DNA from: an uncultured Ruminococcus sp.
Lineage (GTDB): Bacteria > Bacillota > Clostridia > Oscillospirales > Ruminococcaceae
Direction of reading: 5' to 3'
NCBI GenBank assembly: GCA_934474025.1
Contig: CAKSMF010000003.1
Coordinates: 110,254-174,253 of the forward strand
Length of the DNA stretch: 64,000 nt
The translations under genes and the position numbers were made by a program. The notes under the pieces were generated by a model, which was not told the origin of the DNA, made no database searches, and saw nothing but the letters and a program-made list of their open reading frames with translations. This document shows, piece after piece, positions 30,379-39,932 of this stretch (position 1 is the stretch's first letter; every line of letters begins with the position of its first letter).

Positions 30379-30649
30379 GGTTATATTGCACTAATTTTAA
30401 CGTGAATTTTCTACGTTTTCATAATTGAATTGTGGTTCGATTTATGTTATAATCTATATGATGGCATTGTGTTGCAGATTTTAAAATAATTTTAATCGGT
30501 TTTTACATAACTTTTTATTGCCGGTTTTTGTTCTGTAATTTGCCATAATCAAATACTTTTCTGTATTTTGGTTGATGTAAATAAAACTGTTTTAACAGGA
30601 AAAAATATTATTTACCGTCCACATATGGCGGAGAATGGAGTTAATTACT

Positions 30650-32167
30650 ATGGCTGATACAACCGTTTTAAGAACAACTAAAATCGGTAACGGATTTGTT
30701 AAAGAAGATGTTATGCAATATCTTGATGAATTGAATACCAAAATCGGTGACCTTGTTCAAGAAAACGAAAACCTTAAAAAAGCCGGTCAGAAATTCGGTG
30801 ATGAGGACGAAATAAGAAAATATCAAAATCAGATTGAGAATTTACAAGAAAAACTTAATAATTCTAATAATCTTCTTAGAGCAAAAAATAAAGAACTTGA
30901 AGCTGCTAAGGCTACTATTGCACAGTTGCAGGCAGGTAAACCTCTTCCGGCAGGTGCTTTACAGGCTACAGATAATGCTCAGCTTGAATCTGCTAAAAAG
31001 GAAATTGAAAGCCTTAAAAATCAGCTTAAAGCTGTACAATCAGCTTCTAAAACTGTTGCTCAGCCGGTTGCTAATAATGATGCTGAACTTGCTAAAGTTA
31101 AGCAGGAGTTGGCTAAAATGTCTGCTGAACTTACAGCCCGTGCTAAAGCTCTTGAAGAAAAAACTCGTGAGTCTGCATCTAAGGACGCAAAAATTGCACA
31201 GATTACCAAGGAAAATGCTGCAATAATTGCTAAGAAAGATGAAGAAATCGCCAAGAAAAACGTTGAACTTGCAAACAAGGATATTGAAATCAAGAATGCA
31301 AGTGAAAAAGCAAATAATCCGGCACTTCTTGCAAGCGATATGCTGATTGGTGCTCAGAAACTCGCTGACCAGACAAAAGCAGATGCTAAAGCAGAAGCTG
31401 AAAAGGTTATCTCAAAGGCTAAGGAAGAAGCTGAAAAAGTTGTCGGTGATGCTAAGGCAGAAGCTGAAAAAACTATTTCCGCAGCTAATACAACCGCTGA
31501 ATCCTGCATAAATGACGCTAACATAAAGGCTAAAACTACAATTGATGACGCTAACAAACACGCTGATACAGTTAATGAAATGTCTGCTACTGTCCGCACA
31601 ATGCTCATAAATGAAATTGAAAGCATAAGCTCAAAATTCAACGATATAAGCACACGTATTACAGAAGCTAAAAATATTGTCAGCGAAACTCGTAAGTCAG
31701 TTGATAAGAATACTTCAAGCGAAATAAAGAAAATGCAGGCTCCAAAGGTTAATATGGCTGATGTGAAAAACAATGCTGAAAAAGTTAAAGAACCTTTTCC
31801 GGTAAAGAAAACTCCGGAAAAACCTGTTGAAAAAAATCCTGCAAAACCGGCTGAACCAAAGCTTTCAAATATAAATCCAGTAAAACCAGTTGAAAAAAAT
31901 CAGAATAATTCCGTAAAACCTACAAATAATATAAAACCGGAATCCGTTCAGACTCCAAATCAGGCTAAATCACAGCCTAAAAAACCTGTTATGAGTGGTA
32001 TGGACGATATTATGAAAGAATTTTCAATAAAGCCACAGGCAGAAAAGTCCGCCCAGCCACAGTCACAGCCTAAGCCTCCTACAAAAAAGCCTATTATGAA
32101 CATGGGCAATGATATGGCAGATATTCTCAAGGCTATTGAGGCAGACCCTTCTAATATGGGTGAGTAA
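30650..32167 (+). CDS. DivIVA-domain protein with long coiled-coil and Pro/Lys-rich C-terminal tail
   Basis: N-terminal FVKEDVMQYLDEL resembles the DivIVA lipid-binding domain (GY..EV.EFLD); about 350 aa of A/K/E-rich coiled coil, then PEKPVEK repeats; start set at ATG 30650 with a GGAG RBS. Confidence 0.6.
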   Translation: MADTTVLRTTKIGNGFVKEDVMQYLDELNTKIGDLVQENENLKKAGQKFGDEDEIRKYQNQIENLQEKLNNSNNLLRAKNKELEAAKATIAQLQAGKPLPAGALQATDNAQLESAKKEIESLKNQLKAVQSASKTVAQPVANNDAELAKVKQELAKMSAELTARAKALEEKTRESASKDAKIAQITKENAAIIAKKDEEIAKKNVELANKDIEIKNASEKANNPALLASDMLIGAQKLADQTKADAKAEAEKVISKAKEEAEKVVGDAKAEAEKTISAANTTAESCINDANIKAKTTIDDANKHADTVNEMSATVRTMLINEIESISSKFNDISTRITEAKNIVSETRKSVDKNTSSEIKKMQAPKVNMADVKNNAEKVKEPFPVKKTPEKPVEKNPAKPAEPKLSNINPVKPVEKNQNNSVKPTNNIKPESVQTPNQAKSQPKKPVMSGMDDIMKEFSIKPQAEKSAQPQSQPKPPTKKPIMNMGNDMADILKAIEADPSNMGE

Positions 32168-32389
32168 TATAATTATTCTGTTGCTTTCGGGTAAAAGAAT
32201 ATTATATATAAGTTGCGGTATAATTTATCGTGACAAGGGATTTAAATCAGGTTATCCTCATTTGACACCGTTTGTAATTCTCGGCAGTCCAGCATGAAAC
32301 TAAACCTGAAAAACACCGCCGGACAACCGGAGTTTAGCTCACATTATAGTGGGAAGTGTGTCAAATTTTTTTAAGTGAGGTACTGAACC

Positions 32390-32665
32390 ATGTACGAAGA
32401 CAAGACATTAGTCTGCAAAGAATGTGGAAAAGAATTCATTTTCTCAGCAGGCGAACAGGAATTTTTCGCTGAAAAAGGTTTCGTAAACGAGCCACAGAGA
32501 TGCAAGCCTTGCCGTGATGCAAGAAAAAATGCTGGCAGAACTGAAAGAGTTATGTACACAGCCGTTTGTGCTTCTTGCGGTAAAGAAGCAAAAGTTCCCT
32601 TTGAACCAAAAGAGGGCAGAGCTGTTTACTGTAGCGAGTGTTTCGCTAAGATGAACGAGGCTTAA
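32390..32665 (+). CDS. zinc-ribbon domain protein (two CxxC pairs)
   Basis: CKECG...CKPC and CASCG...CSEC; 91 aa. Confidence 0.55.
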   Translation: MYEDKTLVCKECGKEFIFSAGEQEFFAEKGFVNEPQRCKPCRDARKNAGRTERVMYTAVCASCGKEAKVPFEPKEGRAVYCSECFAKMNEA

Positions 32666-32674
32666 TTGCTTACA

Positions 32675-32718
32675 AATCCGTAGTACGACAATTAAGCTGT
32701 ACTACGGATTTTATTATT
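32675..32718 (+). terminator. rho-independent terminator
   Basis: perfect 12-bp inverted repeat AATCCGTAGTAC / GTACTACGGATT with a 12-nt loop, followed by TTATTATT. Confidence 0.6.
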
Positions 32719-32738
32719 AAATGAAAGGATGTTTTATC

Positions 32739-32942
32739 ATGCAGATTACTAAAGATACTATTATTGGTGATATCCTTGACGCAGACTTTGAGGTAGCTCC
32801 GTATTTCTTTGAAATCGGTATGCATTGTCTTGGCTGTCCTGCCTCAAGAGGTGAGTCAATCGAAGAAGCGTGTGCTGTTCACGGAACAGATGTGGACGCT
32901 CTTGTTGAAAAACTTAACGCTCATTTCGCTTCTAAAAAGTAA
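32739..32942 (+). CDS. DUF1858-type redox-active disulfide small protein
   Basis: MQITKDT..IGDIL....APYF...GMHCLGCPAS..ESIEEA...HG, typical of hybrid-cluster-protein-associated DUF1858. Confidence 0.6.
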   Translation: MQITKDTIIGDILDADFEVAPYFFEIGMHCLGCPASRGESIEEACAVHGTDVDALVEKLNAHFASKK

Positions 32943-32953
32943 TGTGATATTGT

Positions 32954-32986
32954 GGCGTGTCCATGTGGCACGCCCATATTTTTTAT
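32954..32986 (+). terminator. candidate rho-independent terminator
   Basis: GGCGTG / CACGCC stem followed by ATATTTTTTAT. Confidence 0.4.
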
Positions 32987-33042
32987 AATTGACAGAAGTT
33001 GTTAAAGAAATGTCACTTATAGTATAAAAGGTGGAAAAATTT

Positions 33043-34494
33043 ATGCTCGATAACAGATTGAAATTATGTGCTGAAATGGTTAAAGGTGATGGTATTGTTT
33101 GTGATGTGGGAACAGACCATGCTTATCTTGCTACTGAACTTATTTTAAGTGGAAAATGTGAAAAGGTTATAGCATCTGATGTAAGTGAAGGGCCTTTGAG
33201 AGCTGCACAAAAAACAGTTGAAAAAAATAAAATTGAAGATAAAGTTGACATTGTTGAATCTGACGGTCTTGAAAATATTTCTCTTGAGGGTGTTTCAGAT
33301 ATAGTTATTGCCGGAATGGGTGGCGAAACTATTCTTGAAATTTTGCATAAGTGTACCGCTCTTACAGAAAGCAAAATCAGACTTATTCTTCAGCCTATGA
33401 CAAAGTCAGAAGTTCTTCGTAAGTGGCTTTATGATAGTAATTTTGCTATTACTTCAGAAAGGATAGCAGAAGACGGCGATAAGCTTTATGTTGTAATGTG
33501 TGCAGAATGGAGCGGACAGTTTCAGAGATTGACGGAAACAGAAGCTCTTGCAGGTTTCTTTGATGAAAATGACCCCCTTGCAAAAAAATACAGAAACAAT
33601 GAAGTTTCAAGACTTAAAAAAATCAGTTCAGCTCTTGAAAACGGCGGAATGTATTCAGAAGCCGTGCATTTTTCAGCACTTGCCCATAAACTCGCCAAAG
33701 GTATAGGCAAAGTTGAAATAAATGATGTTTATAATTATCTGAACAGTATTTATCCTGTTAATGCTCAGGAAAGCTGGGATAATTCAGGATTTCTTGTTGA
33801 AAACTATGAAATGGAATGCAGTAAAGTTATGTTGACACTTGATATAACAGTTCCGTCAATATATGAGGCAGAATGCAAAGGTGCTGAATTAATGATTTCA
33901 CATCACCCTGTAATATTTAAACCATTAAAGAAGATTGACCATAAAAGTCCCGTATTCAGACTTATTTACAGTGATATTGCAGCTATATGTATGCATACTA
34001 ATCTTGATATAGCTAAGGGTGGTACTAACGGAGTTATTCTGAAAAAGCTTTCAGAACATTTTGAATTTGATTCTGAACCGGAATATCTCGAAAATTGCGG
34101 TAACGGTAACAATCTTGGCTGGATTTGTGAACTTAAAGAAAATATCGAACCAGAAAAATTTGGTCAGGTATTAAAGGATATTTTTGGTTGTTCATATATC
34201 CGTATGAATCGTTTTGGCACAAGCAAGATAAAACGTTTTGCATTTTGTTCGGGTTCTGGAGGTTCTATGCTTGACCTTGCAATAAGTAAAAAATGTGATG
34301 CATTTATTACTGGAGATGTTAAGCATGATGTATGGATTGATGCAAATAACCGTCATATTACACTGTATGATTGTGGCCATTTTCATACTGAAAATATTGT
34401 ACTTGAAGAACTACGTTGTGTAATTGAAAAGGAATTCCCACAGCTTGAAGTAATTGTCGGAGAGACTTCTATTGAACCGGCTATTTATTTGTGA
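33043..34494 (+). CDS. trmK: fusion protein: tRNA (adenine22-N1)-methyltransferase TrmK fused to a Nif3-family (YqfO-like) dinuclear-metal protein
   Basis: N-terminal half CDVGTDHAYL...SDV..GPL is TrmK-like; C-terminal half (NSGFLVEN...HHPVIFKPLKKI) is Nif3/GTP cyclohydrolase I type 2-like; the reading frame is continuous; start at ATG 33043 after an AAAGGTGG RBS. Confidence 0.7.
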   Translation: MLDNRLKLCAEMVKGDGIVCDVGTDHAYLATELILSGKCEKVIASDVSEGPLRAAQKTVEKNKIEDKVDIVESDGLENISLEGVSDIVIAGMGGETILEILHKCTALTESKIRLILQPMTKSEVLRKWLYDSNFAITSERIAEDGDKLYVVMCAEWSGQFQRLTETEALAGFFDENDPLAKKYRNNEVSRLKKISSALENGGMYSEAVHFSALAHKLAKGIGKVEINDVYNYLNSIYPVNAQESWDNSGFLVENYEMECSKVMLTLDITVPSIYEAECKGAELMISHHPVIFKPLKKIDHKSPVFRLIYSDIAAICMHTNLDIAKGGTNGVILKKLSEHFEFDSEPEYLENCGNGNNLGWICELKENIEPEKFGQVLKDIFGCSYIRMNRFGTSKIKRFAFCSGSGGSMLDLAISKKCDAFITGDVKHDVWIDANNRHITLYDCGHFHTENIVLEELRCVIEKEFPQLEVIVGETSIEPAIYL

Positions 34495-34503
34495 GGTGAA
34501 AAA

Positions 34504-35298
34504 ATGGGTATTCTAACTTGTCCCGTATGTAACCAGAAATTGAGTATATTGGGAAAAGCATATACTTGTCCGCAAAATCATAGTTTTGACATAGCAAAAA
34601 GCGGTTATGTAAACTTGTTATTATCGAAACATTTTAAAAAAACTGTTCATGGCGACAACAAACTTATGGTACAGGCAAGACGGAATTTTCTTGAAAAAGG
34701 TTTTTATTTGCCGTTGCGTAATGCTGTTTGTGAAAGCATTAAAGACGGAGTTATTCTCGATGCCGGTTGCGGTGAGGGATATTATACATCAGGAGTAAGA
34801 GAATGTTTGAATAATTCTGAAATTTACGGAATAGATATTTCAAAGACAGCTGTTGAACTTGCTTCTAAAACTCACAAAGGTATTAATTTTGCAACTGCCA
34901 GTGTATTTCATATTCCGGTTATTGATAGTTCATGCGATAGTTTGATAACTATTTTTTCACCATATTGCGGAAATGAATTTCAACGTGTTCTGAAAAAAGG
35001 TGGTACAATGTTAATGGCTATACCTTCAGAAATGCATCTCTGGGAACTGAAAAAATCTGTTTATGATACTCCTTATAAAAATGAAGTCAAGCCATACGAA
35101 TTAGACGGATTTAATTTGTTGTCAAAAAATCATATAAATTATAGGTTTATGCTTGATAATCAGCAGGATATACAATCATTGTTTTCTATGACACCATATT
35201 ATTACAGAACCGGAAAAATTCAGCAGGAACGTCTTGCACTCCTTGACGGTCTGGAAGTAACAGCGGATTTTGAATTACTTACTTATCAAAAAAAATAG
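34504..35298 (+). CDS. rlmA: 23S rRNA (guanine-N1)-methyltransferase RlmA family
   Basis: N-terminal Zn finger CPVC...CPQNH followed by SAM motif DAGCGEGYY. Confidence 0.75.
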   Translation: MGILTCPVCNQKLSILGKAYTCPQNHSFDIAKSGYVNLLLSKHFKKTVHGDNKLMVQARRNFLEKGFYLPLRNAVCESIKDGVILDAGCGEGYYTSGVRECLNNSEIYGIDISKTAVELASKTHKGINFATASVFHIPVIDSSCDSLITIFSPYCGNEFQRVLKKGGTMLMAIPSEMHLWELKKSVYDTPYKNEVKPYELDGFNLLSKNHINYRFMLDNQQDIQSLFSMTPYYYRTGKIQQERLALLDGLEVTADFELLTYQKK

Positions 35299-35313
35299 TA
35301 AAGGACTGATTTT

Positions 35314-37059
35314 ATGGCTCTTGACGGAGCGTTTCTCTTTGCAGTAAAAAATGAACTTTCTTGTCTTATTGGCGGACGTATCGAAAAAATTCATCAGCCG
35401 TCCCGTGAAGAGATTATTATTTCAATACGCACACGGCAGGGAAGTAAAAAACTTTATATTTCAGCAAATGCCGGCAGTGCGAGAGTTCATATAACACAAA
35501 AGAATGTTGATAATCCACAAACGCCACCAATGTTCTGTATGCTTTTGCGTAAACGTTTGGGCAACGGAAAACTTCTGAATATACGTCAGGACGGACTTGA
35601 AAGAATTTTATTTTTTGATTTTGAGTGTGTAAACGAATTAGGAGATGTTGTTACTATAACGCTTGCTTGCGAAATTATGGGACGCTGTTCAAACTTAATC
35701 ATAATAAGCGACGGAAAAATAGTGGACAGCATTAAGCGAGTTGACAGCGAAATGTCCCGTGAAAGAATGGTTTTGCCGAACATGACCTATAGTTTGCCAC
35801 CGAAAAATGACAGACTGAATTTCCTTGAGGCTGAACCACAACAGATTATTCAAAAGCTTAGTGAAAATTCTCAGGCTGAATTATCAAAGGCACTTATCAG
35901 TGTGTTTGAAGGAATTTCACCGGTGCTTGCACGTGAATGGACTTTTTTTGCTGGACGTGGTGAATATCTTGACGGAAATGTTTCCGGTGACCAGCTTGAC
36001 AGACTTCTTTTCATAATAAAACGCACTCGTGAACAACTTCTTAATAATGAATGCTGTTTTACAGTTGCAAGTACTAAAGAAGGACTTCTTAAAGATTTTT
36101 CGTTTATAAGACTGTCACAATTCGGAAATCTTATGTATACTAAGGAAATCTCTTCTGCATCTGAATTGCTTGATTACTTTTATTTTGAACGTGATAGTGC
36201 TATTCGTACTAAACAGCGTGCTAATGACCTTTTTAAGCTTCTTGTGAATCTCACTGAAAGAATTTCACGCAGAATGGCAGTTCAACGTGAAGAACTTTCT
36301 GCTTGTGCGGACAGAGATTATTATAAATTATGCGGTGATTTGATTTCAGCTAATATGTATCGTATAAAAAAAGGTGACAGAATAGCAAGTGTTGAGAATT
36401 TTTATGATGAAAATTATCCCACAATTGAAATTAAACTTGATGTGAGGAAAACTCCCTCCCAGAATGCACAGTATTATTATGGAGAATACAAAAAGTCCGT
36501 CACCGCTGAACAAAAGCTTACTGAACAGATTAGCAAAGGTGAAGAAGAATTACAATATCTTGATAGCGTATTTGATTCATTGACCCGTGCGACTTCCGAA
36601 AACGATATTATACAGTTGCGTCTTGAACTTCGTGAACAGGGATATATAAAATCCGTCAATGGAAAAGCAAAACCTCCTAAAGCTTTACCTCCCATTGAAT
36701 ACAGGTCAACAGATGGTTTTACGATACTTGTCGGACGCAATAACTGTCAGAATGATAAATTATCTCTTAAATTTGCTGAAAAAGGTGATATATGGTTGCA
36801 TACACAAAATATAACAGGGTCACACGTTATTATAGTTACAGAGGGAGCGACTCCGCCCGATAGCACATTAGAACAGGCATCTGTTATAGCTTCTGTCAAC
36901 AGTAAGGGACGTGATTCAAATCTTGTGCCAGTAGATTATTGTTTTGCAAAGTATGTTAAAAAACCGTCAGGTGCTAAACCTGGAAAAGTAATATTCACAA
37001 ATTATAAGACGGTTTTTGTTAAGCCTGATACTGAACTTGAAAAAAGTCTGAGGGTATAA
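35314..37059 (+). CDS. rqcH: ribosome quality control protein RqcH (FbpA/NFACT family)
   Basis: MALDGAFLFAVKNEL...GGRIEKIHQP NFACT-N motif; coiled-coil middle region; NFACT-R C-terminus; 581 aa. Confidence 0.85.
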   Translation: MALDGAFLFAVKNELSCLIGGRIEKIHQPSREEIIISIRTRQGSKKLYISANAGSARVHITQKNVDNPQTPPMFCMLLRKRLGNGKLLNIRQDGLERILFFDFECVNELGDVVTITLACEIMGRCSNLIIISDGKIVDSIKRVDSEMSRERMVLPNMTYSLPPKNDRLNFLEAEPQQIIQKLSENSQAELSKALISVFEGISPVLAREWTFFAGRGEYLDGNVSGDQLDRLLFIIKRTREQLLNNECCFTVASTKEGLLKDFSFIRLSQFGNLMYTKEISSASELLDYFYFERDSAIRTKQRANDLFKLLVNLTERISRRMAVQREELSACADRDYYKLCGDLISANMYRIKKGDRIASVENFYDENYPTIEIKLDVRKTPSQNAQYYYGEYKKSVTAEQKLTEQISKGEEELQYLDSVFDSLTRATSENDIIQLRLELREQGYIKSVNGKAKPPKALPPIEYRSTDGFTILVGRNNCQNDKLSLKFAEKGDIWLHTQNITGSHVIIVTEGATPPDSTLEQASVIASVNSKGRDSNLVPVDYCFAKYVKKPSGAKPGKVIFTNYKTVFVKPDTELEKSLRV

Positions 37060-37061
37060 TC

Positions 37062-37586
37062 ATGATTCAAAAACTTACAGAGGACTTTTTTAAACGTGAC
37101 TGTCTGGAAGTCGCTCCTGAACTTGTCGGAAAAGTTCTTGTTTGCCGGTTGCCGTCAGGTGAGGAAATAAAAGAGAGGATTTCTGAAACTGAGGCTTACA
37201 GAGGTGAGGAGGACAAAGCCTGTCATGCTTCAAAGGGAAGAACAAAACGAACTGAAATCCTTTATGGAGAAAGTGGAAAAATTTATATTTATTTGTGTTA
37301 TGGTATGCATTGGCTTATGAATATAACAACCGGTGAAATAAATCAACCTCAATGTGTTCTTTTGCGGGCAGGAGAAATACATCAAGGTCCGGCTAAACTT
37401 ACAAAGTATATGCATATTGATAAACGTTTTAATAATGAAAGTATCTGCAATAATTCTGATATATGGATTGAAGATGACGGATTTATTCCGAAAGTAAAAA
37501 CTGCTTCGAGAGTTGGAATAGACTATGCCGGAGATTACTGGAAAAATATAAAATGGCGTTTTATTTCTAACGGAGGTAGCAAATGA
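37062..37586 (+). CDS. mpg: DNA-3-methyladenine glycosylase (Mpg/AAG family)
   Basis: FF.RD.LEVAPELVGKVLV...TEAY.G..D.A.HA..GRT.R...L....G..Y.Y..YGMHW. Confidence 0.8.
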   Translation: MIQKLTEDFFKRDCLEVAPELVGKVLVCRLPSGEEIKERISETEAYRGEEDKACHASKGRTKRTEILYGESGKIYIYLCYGMHWLMNITTGEINQPQCVLLRAGEIHQGPAKLTKYMHIDKRFNNESICNNSDIWIEDDGFIPKVKTASRVGIDYAGDYWKNIKWRFISNGGSK

Positions 37587-38362
37587 ATATAATTTGTACA
37601 GGATATAATTCAATTTATGACAGTAATTACAGTTTTCGTAGTAAACCGGAAAAAAATATCTTTATGCTTATTCTGACAAAAAGTAAAGCTGTTTTTCGAA
37701 TTAACGGAATTGAATATCATACACCGCCGGATACTTTTGTTTTGTATGATGATACTGTTATTCGAGAATACTCCTCTGATGAAACTTTTCTTGTATGTGA
37801 CTGGATATGTTTTGATAAAAACGGTGATAATGAGTTTTTTGATTCAATTGAACTGGTTTTTAATTCTCCTGTACAATTTGCAGATACCGAATTTATAAGT
37901 AACATTATGCGTAATATAGCCTCCGAATATTATTCATCGGGGGCAAGACGCATAAAAATGACTGACACTCTTATGAAAACGCTTTTGCTTAAAATAAGTG
38001 ATTTTTCGGGATGTAATGGCGAAACACAACAAACTGTTGACCCGCACTACAGTGCATTGATTGAATTAAGAGAAAAAGTTTATCGTAATCCGCAAATGAA
38101 ATGGAATGTTGATTCAATGGCTAATGATGTTAATATGTCACGTTCTTATTTTCAGCATATTTACCGTGAAATGTTTGGAGTATCATGTATTACTGACGTT
38201 ATAAACGGAAAAATAGAAAAAGCAAAGGAAATCCTCAGCGAAACCTCTTGTACAATTTCGCAGGTGTCTGCAATGTGTGGTTATGATAATGAAGAACATT
38301 TCATGAGACAGTTTAAAAAGATTGTTGGTGTAACTCCCACAAAATATAGACGTAAAATATAA
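37583..38362 (+). CDS. AraC family transcriptional regulator
   Basis: cupin-like N-terminus and C-terminal double HTH (SRSYFQHIYREMFG...FKKIVGVTPTKYR). Confidence 0.8.
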   Translation: MNIICTGYNSIYDSNYSFRSKPEKNIFMLILTKSKAVFRINGIEYHTPPDTFVLYDDTVIREYSSDETFLVCDWICFDKNGDNEFFDSIELVFNSPVQFADTEFISNIMRNIASEYYSSGARRIKMTDTLMKTLLLKISDFSGCNGETQQTVDPHYSALIELREKVYRNPQMKWNVDSMANDVNMSRSYFQHIYREMFGVSCITDVINGKIEKAKEILSETSCTISQVSAMCGYDNEEHFMRQFKKIVGVTPTKYRRKI

Positions 38363-38465
38363 TGGAATTTGTAATAAAAAAAATAATTTATAAATTGACT
38401 TTAAAGAATAAATTTGATATAATTATACTTGGACTGAAAAAACGTTTTTTATTATATTCTATTAT

Positions 38466-39932
38466 ATGGAGGTTTACATGGAACAGGGATACAATTTAAT
38501 GGATTTATTCTTTCTGCTTCTTAGAAAAATATGGTGGATTATTTTAGGAGCAGTAATTGGGGCTACAGCACTTTTTTGCTATTCAAAATTTTGTTTGCCG
38601 TTTGAATATTCTTCGCATATTTCGATGTACGTTCAAAGCTACAAAAATATAAATACAAATAACAGTAATAATTATAATGATATAAGCAACTCCAAACAGC
38701 TTATAAATACATATATTGAAGTTCTTAAAGACGATGCTGTCATGAGGGCAGTTGGCGAACAGCTTATTGAACAGTATGGTTATGATACTATATCCAAAAA
38801 TTTTAGAATGGAAGATGGTAATATTGCTCCCTCTTCTTTACGTAGCACTATAAGCATAACTACTGTTACTGATACAAGTGCTTTGAAAGTTGTTTCCACT
38901 ACTAAAAACGCTGATATCTCTGCATCAATATGTAATATTATGGCAGATATTTCGCCTGATTTCATAAAAAATGCGGTTGGCGTAGGTGCTTTGAAAACTA
39001 TTGATACTGCAAAAGCTTATTATACACCAGTATCTCCGAACGTTATGAGAAATACTATAATAGGATTCGTTGGAGGTGCTATGCTGGTTGTTTTGATAGT
39101 TTTATTGATTGATTTTCTTGATAACACCATTAAAGACAGTGAAAAAATTACAGAAAAATATAAAAAACCAATTATTGGTGAAATTCAACATTTTACTACA
39201 TCACAGAAAAAAATTGGTTTGGGAAATAGCATAAGTATTTTAGATGAAGATGTACCATTCAATGTAATTGAAAACTATAAACTCTTGCGTACTAATATAG
39301 TATTTTCATTGTCAACAAATGATAAAAAGGTTTTTGCTGTATCAAGTGCAAGTCTTTCAGAGGGAAAGTCAACATCAACAATCAATATAGCTATAGCTTT
39401 TGCACAAACTAAAAATAAAGTTTTGCTGATTGATGCTGATATGAGAAAATCAGTTGTTCATAAAGCGTTTTCGCTTGAAAATAAATCAGGATTATCAACT
39501 GTTATCGGTAATATGACAAATTTTGATGAAACTGTACATAAAAATGTTATTGAAAATCTTGATGTTCTTACATCAGGTGTGACAGTTCCTAATCCTTCAG
39601 AATTGCTTGCATCTAAAAATTTTGAAGAACTTATAAATACACTTTCTGACAGATATGACTATATAATTATTGACACTCCGCCTATTAATATTGTAAGTGA
39701 TGCTCTTACTATAAAAAATTCAATCGCTGGAATAATGCTTGTTGTTAATTATGCACACACCACTTATAACGACATTGAAAGCTGTATGAAAAAGATTAAA
39801 ATAGCTGATATGAATATGTTTGGATTTATTCTGAATAATGTCAATATAAAGAAAAAAGCAGGATATTATAGTAGTTATAATTATAAATATTATAAATACG
39901 GTTACGGAGAAAACAATAAGAAGAAAAAATGA
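38466..39932 (+). CDS. fused polysaccharide chain-length determinant (Wzz/CpsC-like) and BY-kinase (CpsD/YwqD-like) protein
   Basis: two TM helices flanking a periplasmic-type domain, then a Walker A (SEGKSTSTINIAIAFA), Walker B (IIDTPP) and a C-terminal Tyr-rich tail (YYSSYNYKYYKYGY). Confidence 0.75.
   Translation: MEVYMEQGYNLMDLFFLLLRKIWWIILGAVIGATALFCYSKFCLPFEYSSHISMYVQSYKNINTNNSNNYNDISNSKQLINTYIEVLKDDAVMRAVGEQLIEQYGYDTISKNFRMEDGNIAPSSLRSTISITTVTDTSALKVVSTTKNADISASICNIMADISPDFIKNAVGVGALKTIDTAKAYYTPVSPNVMRNTIIGFVGGAMLVVLIVLLIDFLDNTIKDSEKITEKYKKPIIGEIQHFTTSQKKIGLGNSISILDEDVPFNVIENYKLLRTNIVFSLSTNDKKVFAVSSASLSEGKSTSTINIAIAFAQTKNKVLLIDADMRKSVVHKAFSLENKSGLSTVIGNMTNFDETVHKNVIENLDVLTSGVTVPNPSELLASKNFEELINTLSDRYDYIIIDTPPINIVSDALTIKNSIAGIMLVVNYAHTTYNDIESCMKKIKIADMNMFGFILNNVNIKKKAGYYSSYNYKYYKYGYGENNKKKK

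Noticed and set aside
30834-31773. Several ORFs (130 aa +, 77 aa -, 139 aa -) within the DivIVA-like gene
   Set aside because: They are alternative frames of the repetitive coiled-coil coding sequence (Leu/Lys- or Ala/Ser-rich artefacts). The sense frame has clear DivIVA N-terminal similarity.
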